A stretch of DNA of 61,661 nucleotides, filler included, from Anaerolineae bacterium (GTDB taxonomy: Bacteria; Chloroflexota; Anaerolineae; Epilineales; Epilineaceae): the NCBI GenBank assembly GCA_029262755.1. It is 4 parts of 4 records of this genome, joined end to end, with 100 filler letters (N's around TTAATTAATTAA, not from the genome) between each part and the next. Parts side by side here need not be neighbours in the genome. Positions count along the whole stretch, not along the records: positions 37,442 to 44,246 come from JAJCYU010000387.1; positions 44,347 to 61,661 come from JAJCYU010000388.1; 2 more parts are not named here. The stretch is one strand, 5' to 3'. Every line of letters begins with the position of its first letter. The first letter of the stretch is position 1. Under the pieces are notes generated by a model. It did no database searches and was not told the origin of the DNA. It saw nothing but the letters and a program-made list of their open reading frames with translations. The translations under genes were made by a program, and so were the position numbers. Positions 39,903-48,756 of this stretch are shown piece after piece.

Positions 39903-40039
39903 CGGCTCCGTGGTCCCGCGTAGGGCCGCGTCGCAATCCCGACCGTTTTGGCTCTGTCGTGACCGGAGGGATACACAGCCGCGCGCCGCGTGGCTAGAAT
40001 GGCAGGCGTCGTTCGCCGCCCAACCCTCGGAGGCCCTTC

Positions 40040-41920
40040 GTGAAGCGCCACGCCCCGTTCTTTGCTTCCTGTTCGCTCGCGCTCGGCCTGTTGGTCGGGA
40101 TTCTGTTGCCCGCGGCCGGCCTCCAGCCGGCTGCCTTCGCACCGGAGACGGTGTCCGCCCAACGCCGTGCCGGCGATCCCGTATCCGGCTGCAGCGCGGT
40201 GATCAGCACCACGGTCAGCCCCAGCTCCGTCCAGCTGTGCGAGCCCGCCGAGGTCCAGGTGACGATGGCCCTGACCTGCCCCGTCGCGCTACCCATCCAC
40301 CTTGTGGTAGCCGTCGACCGCTCGCAGTCGCTCGAGCCCTTCCTCTCGGACATCCAGCGTTCCGCACGCAACGTCATGGAGGAGGTCGATTTCGACATCC
40401 CCGAGACCGAGGTGGGCGTGCTCAGCCACGGCTTCCGGGTGAAGGTCGAGCAGGACCTGACCGATCAACGCAACCGCGCGCAGAGTGCGATCAACCGCGT
40501 TCGCTACGACCCGAGCGACATCGGGGAAGACCCCGGCGGCGCGATCGACAAGGCGATGCAGCTGCTCGAGGACAACCGCGAAGACGAGAAGGGCAACGTC
40601 ATCTCGCCGCTCGAGATCATCCTGCTCTACGGCGACGGCTGCGACCCGACGGAGAACCAATGCCGTAGCAAGGCCCAAAACGCGGCATCACGCGCCAAGG
40701 GCAAGGGCGCGATCATCATGACCGTGTGCTACGACACCCCTCGCGCCAACTGCAACGATTACCGCGCCATGGCCACCCTGTCGCGCTATGCCTACCAGGC
40801 GCCGGCCGGGCGCCTCGCTTCCCAGGTGCGCGAGCTCCAGGACGAGGGGCGCAACATCGGCATCGACGCCGCGACCCTGGTGGAGATGCTCAGCGCCAAG
40901 ATGGCGCTCCAGGGCGTCGGCGACGCGCCCGCGCCCACGGTCAACGGCCAGGAGCTGACCTTTGCATGGCCCAAGGGCGAGGAACTCGCGCCGGGCAAGA
41001 CGATCACGGCCACGTATCAGATTTCCGGCACGGAAGCGGGCATGCTGCCCATCCGCGTCCCGGGCGACGGCGGGCTGGTCCTCCAGGACAGCTACGGGCG
41101 ATCGACGAACGTGATCGCCCTCCCCGAAGCGATGCTCGAAGTGACGGGCCCCTGCGAGGGACCCACCGCGACCCCGACCGCCGTCCCGCCGACCGCCACC
41201 GCGACCGAGCCGCCCGAAACGGCCACCCCGACCGCGGTCCCGGCCACCGCAACGCCCGTTCCGCCCACCGCCACTGCGACGCCCGCTACACGCTACGCCT
41301 ACCTACCCGTGACCTTGCGCCAGGCGTGCAAGCCGGGCGAGCTGCGCACGGACGTCACCTTGGTCCTGGACGCCAGCAACTCGATGCTCCAGCAGACCGG
41401 CGGCGCCAGCAAGCTCGACGCGGCGAAGAACGCCGCGATCGCGTTCGTGAAGCAGCTGCGCGCCGGCGACCAGGCGGCGATCATTGCGTTCAACAGCCAG
41501 GCCGCCATCGTGGCGGGCCTATCCGAAGATCTCGGCATGATCGATGCGGCGATCCGCGACATCCGCACGTCGCCGGGCACGCGCATCGACCGCGCGCTGG
41601 CGGCGGCACGAACGGAGATGACGGGCGATCGCCGTCGTGCGCAGAACAACCCGGTCGTCGTGCTCCTGACGGACGGGCTGCCCAGCGAGAACAGCGCCGC
41701 AGCCACGATCGAGCAAGGTCGGCTGCTGCGCGCGGCGGGGATCACGGTCTTCGCGATCGGTCTCGGCGCAGACGTGGACGCCGGCCTGCTGACCGACGTC
41801 GCCGGCTCTCCGGCGCGCTACTTCGAAGCGCCGAACCAAGACGACCTGACGTCCATCTACAGCGACATCGCCGGCGCGCTACCTTGCCCCGGCGGTGTGG
41901 TGTGGCAGCTCGGGCGATAG
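40040..41920 (+). CDS. Secreted double von Willebrand A domain protein with Pro/Thr linker
   Basis: Signal peptide; MIDAS 'DRSQS' and 'DASNS...LTDG'; GGAGG RBS; TAGAAT -10 at 39995-40000. Confidence 0.9.
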   Translation: MKRHAPFFASCSLALGLLVGILLPAAGLQPAAFAPETVSAQRRAGDPVSGCSAVISTTVSPSSVQLCEPAEVQVTMALTCPVALPIHLVVAVDRSQSLEPFLSDIQRSARNVMEEVDFDIPETEVGVLSHGFRVKVEQDLTDQRNRAQSAINRVRYDPSDIGEDPGGAIDKAMQLLEDNREDEKGNVISPLEIILLYGDGCDPTENQCRSKAQNAASRAKGKGAIIMTVCYDTPRANCNDYRAMATLSRYAYQAPAGRLASQVRELQDEGRNIGIDAATLVEMLSAKMALQGVGDAPAPTVNGQELTFAWPKGEELAPGKTITATYQISGTEAGMLPIRVPGDGGLVLQDSYGRSTNVIALPEAMLEVTGPCEGPTATPTAVPPTATATEPPETATPTAVPATATPVPPTATATPATRYAYLPVTLRQACKPGELRTDVTLVLDASNSMLQQTGGASKLDAAKNAAIAFVKQLRAGDQAAIIAFNSQAAIVAGLSEDLGMIDAAIRDIRTSPGTRIDRALAAARTEMTGDRRRAQNNPVVVLLTDGLPSENSAAATIEQGRLLRAAGITVFAIGLGADVDAGLLTDVAGSPARYFEAPNQDDLTSIYSDIAGALPCPGGVVWQLGR

Positions 41921-42212
41921 AAGAACGGCCGCCGAGCCTGAAGGTGCGGGTTCGGCGGTCACGGTACGCGTGCCGGCGGCCGGTTGCTGTTCGGCCGTAG
42001 CGCTGTACTGGAATTGCACCCCTGTACAGGGGCTGCAACGCTGTACAGGAAACGTCGCAAGGCATGACCGCGCGGCGCTCATAGCGACAACCGACGAGCC
42101 CCCGAACGTCTGCGTTCGGGGGCTCGTGTCTTGGTGGATCGTCGGCCAGCGGCGAGCGGTGCCGGTCGAAAGCAGAAGCATCCGTGTGACCGCGTAAAAG
42201 CGTAACAACGCA

Positions 42213-42755
42213 CTAGTCGCGCGGAGCTTCCTTCCCCGTCGCCGTCCCCTCATCGTCCAGCAGGCTCGCCACGAGGCGCGCCGCCTCGCGCACGAAGCGG
42301 CCGCGCGGCACCACGAGGGCGGCGCCCGCTGCACGTGCTGCGCCGAGTACGTCCTCAGCCACGTGCGGGCCGTAGGCAAGGACGGGCACCGCGCGCTCGA
42401 CTGCCGCGGCCACGGCCTCGACCGCACCGGGCGCGGTCAGGTCGACCACGGCGAGGCGCGGCCCGGTACCGGCGGTAGCGGGGGTCTCCGCGGTCGCAGC
42501 GGCAGGCGCGACGCGCGCGACGCCGCCGAGGGCGTCGGCCCAGCCGGCCTGCGGCACGACCGCGGAATCGGTGCCCGCGGCGCGCATCGCCTCGGTGAAG
42601 CGTACGTCGGCCATGATGTCGGGGATCAACGCGATCACCGTCGGGGAGGGGGGCTGTGATGGAGACGAGGACGGTGAAGCGGAAGCGGAAGCGGTAGGGG
42701 AAGGGGACGAGGATGATGAGGGCTGGGCCGGTGTCGGGGACGATGTGCGGCTCAT
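42213..42755 (-). CDS. Small receiver-like (CheY-fold) protein with Ser/Pro N-terminus
   Basis: 'LAVVDL', 'VLAYGPHV...ARAAGA..VVPRGRF' pattern; ATGA overlap with upstream gene stop. Confidence 0.65.
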   Translation of the reverse strand: MSRTSSPTPAQPSSSSSPSPTASASASPSSSPSQPPSPTVIALIPDIMADVRFTEAMRAAGTDSAVVPQAGWADALGGVARVAPAAATAETPATAGTGPRLAVVDLTAPGAVEAVAAAVERAVPVLAYGPHVAEDVLGAARAAGAALVVPRGRFVREAARLVASLLDDEGTATGKEAPRD

Positions 42756-44246
42756 AGAGCGGATTCCTTTGCGGAGGGGGCTGCCGAGAGTGACGTCGAT
42801 CTCGAATGCGACGTCGATCTCGACCGTGACGTGGATTGCACGTGTGACGTCGATTGCGACTGCGACGTGGATTGCGACTGCGACGTGGATTGCGATTGCG
42901 ACCGCGACAACGACGGCGCAGCGGAAGGCGGACACGGGTCTGGGACGTGGACATCGAGAACGAGAGCTAGATCGTGTGCCGCGCTTCCTTCGGTCCGACC
43001 CGCCCACGGGATCCAGAGCCGCTGCCCGGGCGGTGGCGGGGACGACGCCGCAGTCGGCGACGGAGTCGTGGTGGCCGTCACGGTGGCCGTCGCGGTCGCG
43101 GTCGGCGTGACCGTGGGCGTGCGGGTCGCTGCGCCGGGTGGCGGGCGGTCGGGCCGTGTGGGGCCTTCGAGTTCCAGGACGTAGAGACCGCCTTCGCGGG
43201 CTGAAACGAGGATCCGCTCACCCACGTTACCGATGTGCCGGGCGTTGCCGGGCAGCGCCGCCGCGGCGATTTCGTCGATGGCGCCGCTGCGGCCCACCTC
43301 CATCACCCGCACGCCGCCCACGTCGTCCGCCACTACGGCGCGCGGCCCGAGCATGTGCACGGAGACGGGCAGCACGGGCATGTCGATCAGGCTGAGCTGA
43401 ACGGGGTCGACGGGGTCCGATACGTCGAAGAGCCAGAGGCCTGTTGCGCCTGGAATCCACAGTCGGTCGTCGTGTACGGCGGGTAGGCGGAGCGTCTCGA
43501 AGAGCGGCAAAGTCGAGAGCTCTTCCGGATCGCCGCGCCCCGGCCAACGTAGGATCCGCATCCGGTCTACTCCGCCGCCTTCCACGACGAAGAGTAGGTC
43601 GTCCTGACGTACCACCCGCGTGATGAAGCCCCCGACCAAGGGGTCCTGCTCCCGTCCGGGATAGCCACGTACCGGGAGCGCGTGAAGTCCGATCGGGCCC
43701 AGGGCCATGAGGACCGTATCGTCGGTGATGTCCATGTGGTAAGGGCGGGCGCTCGTCCATTCTTCGTGGACGACGAGACTAGGTTCCGCGGGGTCGGCGG
43801 CATCGACATGGATCAGCCCGGCAGCATTGCCAGTCTGGCCGCCGCCCAAGGGCACCCGCGTCATGCCGAAGATCTGGTCTGGGCTGCGAAGGCTTGCGCT
43901 CCAACGGAGGTAGTTCATCTCTGCCGGCGTGCCGACCTCGCCCGTCACTGTGACCAAGCCCTGCGCATCCATGCGGATCAGCGTGACGCCATGCCCCGCG
44001 GCGAGGGCGATCTGCGGCGCCGATCCGTCGTCGCTCGATTGCGCGAGCGACGCCGTGGACGATGAGGCCGAGACCTCCGGCACCTCGCGCGCGTCGATAT
44101 GGCGGGCGATACCTGGGGGCCGGGTTAGCACGTGCTCCGCCGCTACGGCGGGCGGCTGCCCGTCCGGCGGCATCGTCGCGACGGCCGCGAGATCGTAGAG
44201 CACGACGCCGTCTCGCTCGCCGGCAACCGCGGCACGGTCGCCGCGC
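42752..44246 (-). CDS. LVIVD-type beta-propeller secreted protein; 5'-truncated
   Basis: Repeats 'GLWLFDVSDPVDPVQL', 'GGVRVMEV', 'GGLYVLEL'; Pro/Thr linker then 'LWIPWAGR'; frame is open to the contig end. Confidence 0.8.
42791..42898. repeat. 18-bp tandem repeat x6
   Basis: Units YGACGTSGATYKCRMNYG, e.g. cgacgtggattgcgactg. Confidence 0.85.
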
Positions 44247-44346
44247 NNNNNNNNNNNNNNNNNNNNNNNNNNNNNNNNNNNNNNNNNNNNTTAATTAATT
44301 AANNNNNNNNNNNNNNNNNNNNNNNNNNNNNNNNNNNNNNNNNNNN
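44247..44346. other. Artificial contig linker
   Basis: 44 N + TTAATTAATTAA + 44 N. Confidence 0.98.
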
Positions 44347-44808
44347 GGGCAGGGGCAGCGTGTGGCGGATCGGCTGGTTGTGGGCGAGCCAGGTGCGCAG
44401 ATGCGTCAGTGCGTTCTGGGCGACCTCGCGCTCCGGGGTCGTGTCAGCCATCAGGGTGTACTCGCCGCCGCAGGCCTGCTCGGCCACGGTGGCCATCCAG
44501 TCCGTCGCGCCCTGGATCGAACCGTGAATGTCGGAGAGCGAGCGCGGGGCTGTCAAGTTCGTGCCCTCGAGGTCGCGGGCAATTGAGCGACCGCGCTTGG
44601 CTACGTCGGCGACCTGTGCGTCGCAGGCCATCTCCGGCTTGATCGAGACCAGCTCGGCGACCTGCTCGAAGTCGGCGTGCCATGCGGTGACGATCGGCTC
44701 GAAGGTGTTCATCGCTTCGACGTACTCGGCCGTGTCGGCGAAGGCGGTCGTTGCGGCGGTGTAGAAGGCGAGGGCGGTCAGGAGGGCGGTCATCATCGTG
44801 CGGCGCAT
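44347..44808 (-). CDS. Small secreted helical protein, copy A (last codons cut by contig end)
   Basis: Signal peptide 'MRRTMM..AFA'; AAGGA RBS; near-identical to 46842-47321. Confidence 0.85.
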
Positions 44809-44887
44809 GGTTGTTTCCTTTGGGTGGGCCACCGGCGAAGCGGCCAAACATCAGCGTACCTACAGTATCGGGCTCTTGGGCGGGCTA

Positions 44888-44964
44888 TGCTTGACCCCAC
44901 TACGACCGCGGATCGACCCATTGAGGACCGCGTGCCGACGGGAAGCTGACCGGACGCTGACGCG
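44888..44964. promoter_or_regulatory. Phased 7 x 11-bp GAC array upstream of copy A
   Basis: GAC at 44893, 44904, 44915, 44926, 44937, 44948, 44959; minus-strand -10 TACTGT at 44867-44862. Confidence 0.75.
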
Positions 44965-45066
44965 GGGGGAAACTGCACCTATTCCGCGGTGTTTGAACGC
45001 CGAATGACTGAATCCAAGCTCGCTGTGGCATTGCTCCCACCGAGCTATCTCAAGGAGATTGTCGCG

Positions 45067-46281
45067 ATGTATTCACCCCCCACTCCCCACACTCCCGCTA
45101 CTTGGTGCTCGGCCGCGCTTCGCCGTCGGCGCGCGCCGATTCGGGGCTCCGCAATTGACATCGTTCGCACGAGCACGATGCTCGCGCTTTGGTTCGCTGC
45201 CGCCACCGCGATTGGCGCGGCGAATCCGGCGGCCCGTCCCATGCTCGCACAACCAAGTCCCGGCGTGGTGGCGCCGGGCGCAAGCGTCGAGCTGCTCGCG
45301 GACGGCTACACGTTCACGGAAGGTCCGGTCGCGGACAACCTCGGAGGGGTCTACTTCTCGGACGTGCGCACCAGCCAAATCCATCGTTGGACACCTGAGG
45401 GCGGCGCGAGCCTCTACCGGGCGGACTCCGGGGGCGCGAACGGCCTCTACTTCGACAACGACGGCATGCTGATCGTCTGCGAGAGCGCACGCAAGCGAAT
45501 CGTGCGCGACGACCTCGCGGGTCAGCTCACTGTCGTCACAGGCGAGTACGACGGTAACCCGTACAACGCCCCAAACGACGTCTTCGTCGACGCAAAGGGC
45601 GGCATCTACTTCAGCGACCCCAACTTCGGTGGCCAAGATACCCAGGACGGCCATCACGTCTACTACATCCACCCGGACGGAGAGACGGTCACGCGCGTCA
45701 CGAACGACCTCGTCCAGCCCAACGGTGTGATCGGCACTCCGGACGGCACCTTCCTCTACATCACGGACTCGTCTGGACCGACATGGCGCTACCGGATCGC
45801 TGCGGACGGGTCGTTGAGCGACAAGACGAACATCTTCGACCAAGGCGGCGACGGGATGTCGCTCGACGAACTGGGCAACCTCTACCTGGCCAGCGGTGTG
45901 GTTTGGGTCTTCGACGCGGATGGCAACCAGGTGGACACCATCACGATCCCAGAGCGCCCTTCCAACATCGTCTTCGGCGGCCCCGAGGGCAAGACGCTCT
46001 TCGTGACCGCCCGCACCGGCCTCTACCGCGTGGAGCTCATCGTGCGCGGCGCCTACGCACCGCAGATCGAAGACCCCGGGCCGACACCGGTCGGTTCGCC
46101 CACCATGGTTGCAACCGGAACGGCCACGATCGCGCCCTCCGCGACGACGGCACCGAGCGCGACCGCGCCTCCGGCCAATACCCCGACACCGGGCGCCTCC
46201 GGCACCCCGTTGCCCACCGAGTCGCCCACGGAGCTTCCCAGCCGCTGGTACCTCTACGCGCCGATGACCGTCCGACGCTAG
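45067..46281 (+). CDS. SMP-30/gluconolactonase-family exported protein with Pro/Thr linker and C-terminal tag
   Basis: 'FTEGP', 'YFSD', 'NGL', 'NAPNDV', 'PNG', 'DGMSLD..GNLY', 'N.VFGG..KTLFVTA'; AGGAG RBS. Confidence 0.92.
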   Translation: MYSPPTPHTPATWCSAALRRRRAPIRGSAIDIVRTSTMLALWFAAATAIGAANPAARPMLAQPSPGVVAPGASVELLADGYTFTEGPVADNLGGVYFSDVRTSQIHRWTPEGGASLYRADSGGANGLYFDNDGMLIVCESARKRIVRDDLAGQLTVVTGEYDGNPYNAPNDVFVDAKGGIYFSDPNFGGQDTQDGHHVYYIHPDGETVTRVTNDLVQPNGVIGTPDGTFLYITDSSGPTWRYRIAADGSLSDKTNIFDQGGDGMSLDELGNLYLASGVVWVFDADGNQVDTITIPERPSNIVFGGPEGKTLFVTARTGLYRVELIVRGAYAPQIEDPGPTPVGSPTMVATGTATIAPSATTAPSATAPPANTPTPGASGTPLPTESPTELPSRWYLYAPMTVRR

Positions 46282-46518
46282 TCGCGGCAGACCATTGGCA
46301 AGGTTGATGGCATGAGACCGTATCAGCGATCGCCAGAGGCCGTCGATCGCGTCGATCAGCGATGCCGGCCCTAGGCACCTGTCCAACCCCGTCCATCACT
46401 TGGTGGTTTTCACCAAGCACGCAGGCGAGAGACGAACCACCCCCTCCGCCAGATGCATGCTCCGTCCCGGCTACCTTTCCCAAGAACGTTGTGAAGCGGC
46501 TCGCCCGCCTTCACCTTA

Positions 46519-46678
46519 GGGGGCGTCCAACAATAACCTGACCAAGTCGGGAACCGCTGCATCCGCACCAGCGCCCTTCTGTTCCTCAGCAATAGCTCCG
46601 CTATTACCTCGTCTCATCAGAACCCTGGAGCGGCGCTTCGGCACCCTTTGTTCGGTCAGCTTATTATTGGACGCCCCC
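46519..46678. mobile_element. MITE (160 bp) with 25-bp terminal inverted repeats and TTA target duplication
   Basis: Left gggggcgtccaacaataacctgacc; right ggtcagcttattattggacgccccc (23/25 match); TTA at 46516-46518 and 46679-46681. Confidence 0.8.
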
Positions 46679-46689
46679 TTAAATGCGAA

Positions 46690-46721
46690 CCGGCCGGCGG
46701 GCTTGTTGCCCCGCCGGCCGG
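46690..46721. terminator. Hairpin between convergent genes
   Basis: ccggccggcggg ... cccgccggccgg stem. Confidence 0.55.
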
Positions 46722-46841
46722 CTCTCGCCGATGCGCCGGTTGTAGTCGTGTAGGTCCTCGACCTGCGTCCTCACTGCCGTGCTCGGTGTTTCTTGCGACC
46801 CCTAGGTCCTTGGACCTAGCTGTCTCTGGTTGCCGCGGTCT

Positions 46842-47321
46842 CTAGTTGTTGTCCGCGCCGGGCAGGGGCAGCGTGTGGCGGATCGGCTGGTTGTGGGCGA
46901 GCCAGGTGCGCAGGTGCGTCAGTGCGTTCTGGGCGACCTCGCGCTCCGGGGTCGTATCGGCCATCAGGGTGTATTCGCCGCCGCAGGCCTGCTCGGCCAC
47001 GGTGGCCATCCAGTCCGTCGCGCCCTGGATCGAACCGTGAATGTCGGAGAGCGAGCGCGGAGCGATCAAGTTCGTGCCCTCGAGGTCGCGGGCAATCGAG
47101 CGACCGCGCTTGGCTACGTCGGCGACCTGTGCGTCGCAGGCCATCTCCGGCTTGATCGAGACGAGCTCGGCAACCTGCTCGAAGTCGGCGTGCCATGCGG
47201 TGACGATCGGCTCGAAGTCGTTCATCGCCGCGACATACTCTGCGGTGTCGGCGAAGGCGGTCGTTGCGGTGGCGTAGAGAGCGAGGGCGGTCAGGAGGGC
47301 GGTCATCATCGTGCGGCGCAT
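46842..47321 (-). CDS. Small secreted helical protein, copy B (159 aa)
   Basis: Signal peptide; two Cys; paralogue of copy A. Confidence 0.88.
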   Translation of the reverse strand: MRRTMMTALLTALALYATATTAFADTAEYVAAMNDFEPIVTAWHADFEQVAELVSIKPEMACDAQVADVAKRGRSIARDLEGTNLIAPRSLSDIHGSIQGATDWMATVAEQACGGEYTLMADTTPEREVAQNALTHLRTWLAHNQPIRHTLPLPGADNN

Positions 47322-47403
47322 CGTTTGTTTCCTTTGGGTGGGCCACCGGCGAAGCGGCCATCAACATCAGCGTATCTACAGTATCGGGCTTCCTGAGCTT
47401 TCC

Positions 47404-47480
47404 TGCTTGACCCACGTATGGCCGCAGATCGACGCAACGAGGACCGCCGACGGACCGGATGCTGACCGCACGCTGACGAG
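47404..47480. promoter_or_regulatory. Phased 11-bp GAC array upstream of copy B (6 of 7 positions)
   Basis: GAC at 47409, 47431, 47442, 47453, 47464, 47475 (GGC at 47420); TACTGT -10 at 47383-47378. Confidence 0.75.
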
Positions 47481-47670
47481 GGGGCGTTGAGGGCGGATTG
47501 CAGGCATTCCGTCGCCAGGAAGACGTCGTACGGAACCGACTTGACGCCGCGGATTCATGGGGAGTACCTTCGCCCCGGATGCCCGTACGTTCTAGCGAAT
47601 ACATCCGCACGTTGCAGCGGTGATCCGAACTCGGGTCGCCGCAACCAATCACCTAGGGAGGCACTGCCCC

Positions 47671-48099
47671 ATGACATCGATTCTCGGCCTACCGCTCACC
47701 GTGTTCCTGCAATCCGACGACGGCGGGGTGTTCGCCGCTCTTTTCGGCGGCGTTTGGCTGTTGTTCAGCCTGGCGATCACGCTCTTGATGGTGGTCGGAC
47801 TCTGGAAGATCTTCACCAAGGCCGGCAAGGCCGGGTGGCTGTCCCTGATCCCCCTGGTCAACATGGTGATCCTGGCGCAAATCGTCGGCTGGGACGGACT
47901 CAAGATCCTCGCGCTGTTCGTGCCGTTCCTCAACATCATCTTCGGGCTCATCCTCTTTCTCGATCTCGCGCGCGCCTTCGGCAAGGGCAGCGGCTTCGGC
48001 GTCGGCCTGTTCTTGCTTCCGGTGATCTTCATCCCCATGTTGGGCTTCGACAGTTCGACGTATCTAGGCCCACAGCCCGGCGGTGTGCTCTCGGCCTGA
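47671..48099 (+). CDS. DUF5684-type small membrane protein
   Basis: 'WKIFTKAGKAGWLSLIP..N', 'LARAFGKGSGFG.GL', 'LGFDSSTYLGP'; GGAGG RBS. Confidence 0.85.
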   Translation: MTSILGLPLTVFLQSDDGGVFAALFGGVWLLFSLAITLLMVVGLWKIFTKAGKAGWLSLIPLVNMVILAQIVGWDGLKILALFVPFLNIIFGLILFLDLARAFGKGSGFGVGLFLLPVIFIPMLGFDSSTYLGPQPGGVLSA

Positions 48100-48204
48100 G
48101 GTAATGGGCGTGCGCCCTCAGGCGATGGCCCAAGGTGCTCGCAACTCGATGACCCAATCGACGTAGTCCGGACCGCAACCGAATGACATCAAGGAGCCCG
48201 TGGA

Positions 48205-48609
48205 ATGGAAGAGCACGTCGACCCGCAAGAAGAGCGCACGATCGCGTCGGGACCCGGACCGCGAGATCCCGGCGAGCTTGCCCCGCTTTCCCCGGAGGAT
48301 GAGCGCATCTACGCGATGGCAGCGCACGTCACCGGACTCTTTGCACCGCTGATCGGGCCGATCCTTGTGATGGTCATCAACAGGCAACGGTCCGAGTTCG
48401 TGGACGATCAAGCCCGCGAGGCTCTCAACTTCTTCTTCAACGTGATGTTCTGGTCCGTCGTGAGCTTGATCGGCAGCCTTGTGTTGATCGGAATCTGCGG
48501 CTTCGTGATCGTCGGCATCGCGGCCTTCATCCTGCCGATCATGGGCGGGATCGAGGCGTACGAGGGACGGCCATACCGCTATCCGATGATCGTCCGCCTC
48601 TTGAAGTAG
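48205..48609 (+). CDS. DUF4870-type membrane protein
   Basis: 'A.AAH', 'SEFVDDQAREALNF', 'A.EGRPYRYP'. Confidence 0.88.
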   Translation: MEEHVDPQEERTIASGPGPRDPGELAPLSPEDERIYAMAAHVTGLFAPLIGPILVMVINRQRSEFVDDQAREALNFFFNVMFWSVVSLIGSLVLIGICGFVIVGIAAFILPIMGGIEAYEGRPYRYPMIVRLLK

Positions 48610-48655
48610 AGCTACGGCGCCACACGTCGGCGGGCGACAGCCACGAACCAGCAAT

Positions 48656-48697
48656 CAAACGCGGGGGCCCCGAAATCTCGGAGCCCCCGCATTTGTT
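48656..48697. terminator. Bidirectional terminator
   Basis: caaac-gcgggggc.ccga-aatc-tcgg.gcccccgc-atttgtt between convergent genes. Confidence 0.75.
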
Positions 48698-48756
48698 GTC
48701 GGCGAACGTTCGCGCAGTTCGCGCCGGCGTCGCGCTACGCGCGCACGCCGCTACGC

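Noticed and set aside
42791..42898. Possible CRISPR array
   Set aside because: Contiguous degenerate 18-mers with no spacers and no cas genes.
46516..46617. Minus-strand peptide 'GADAAVPDLVRLLLD' resembling a HEAT repeat remnant
   Set aside because: Lies inside the MITE and partly in its terminal repeat; only about 33 codons, likely coincidence.
46525..46672. Possible integron attC site (GTCCAAC ... ATTGGAC)
   Set aside because: Right end lacks GTT, there is no integrase or cassette array, and the longer TIR plus TTA duplication fits a MITE better.
44347..47480. Composite transposon formed by the direct repeats around SMP-30
   Set aside because: The repeats encode a signal-peptide protein, not a transposase, and have no terminal inverted repeats.
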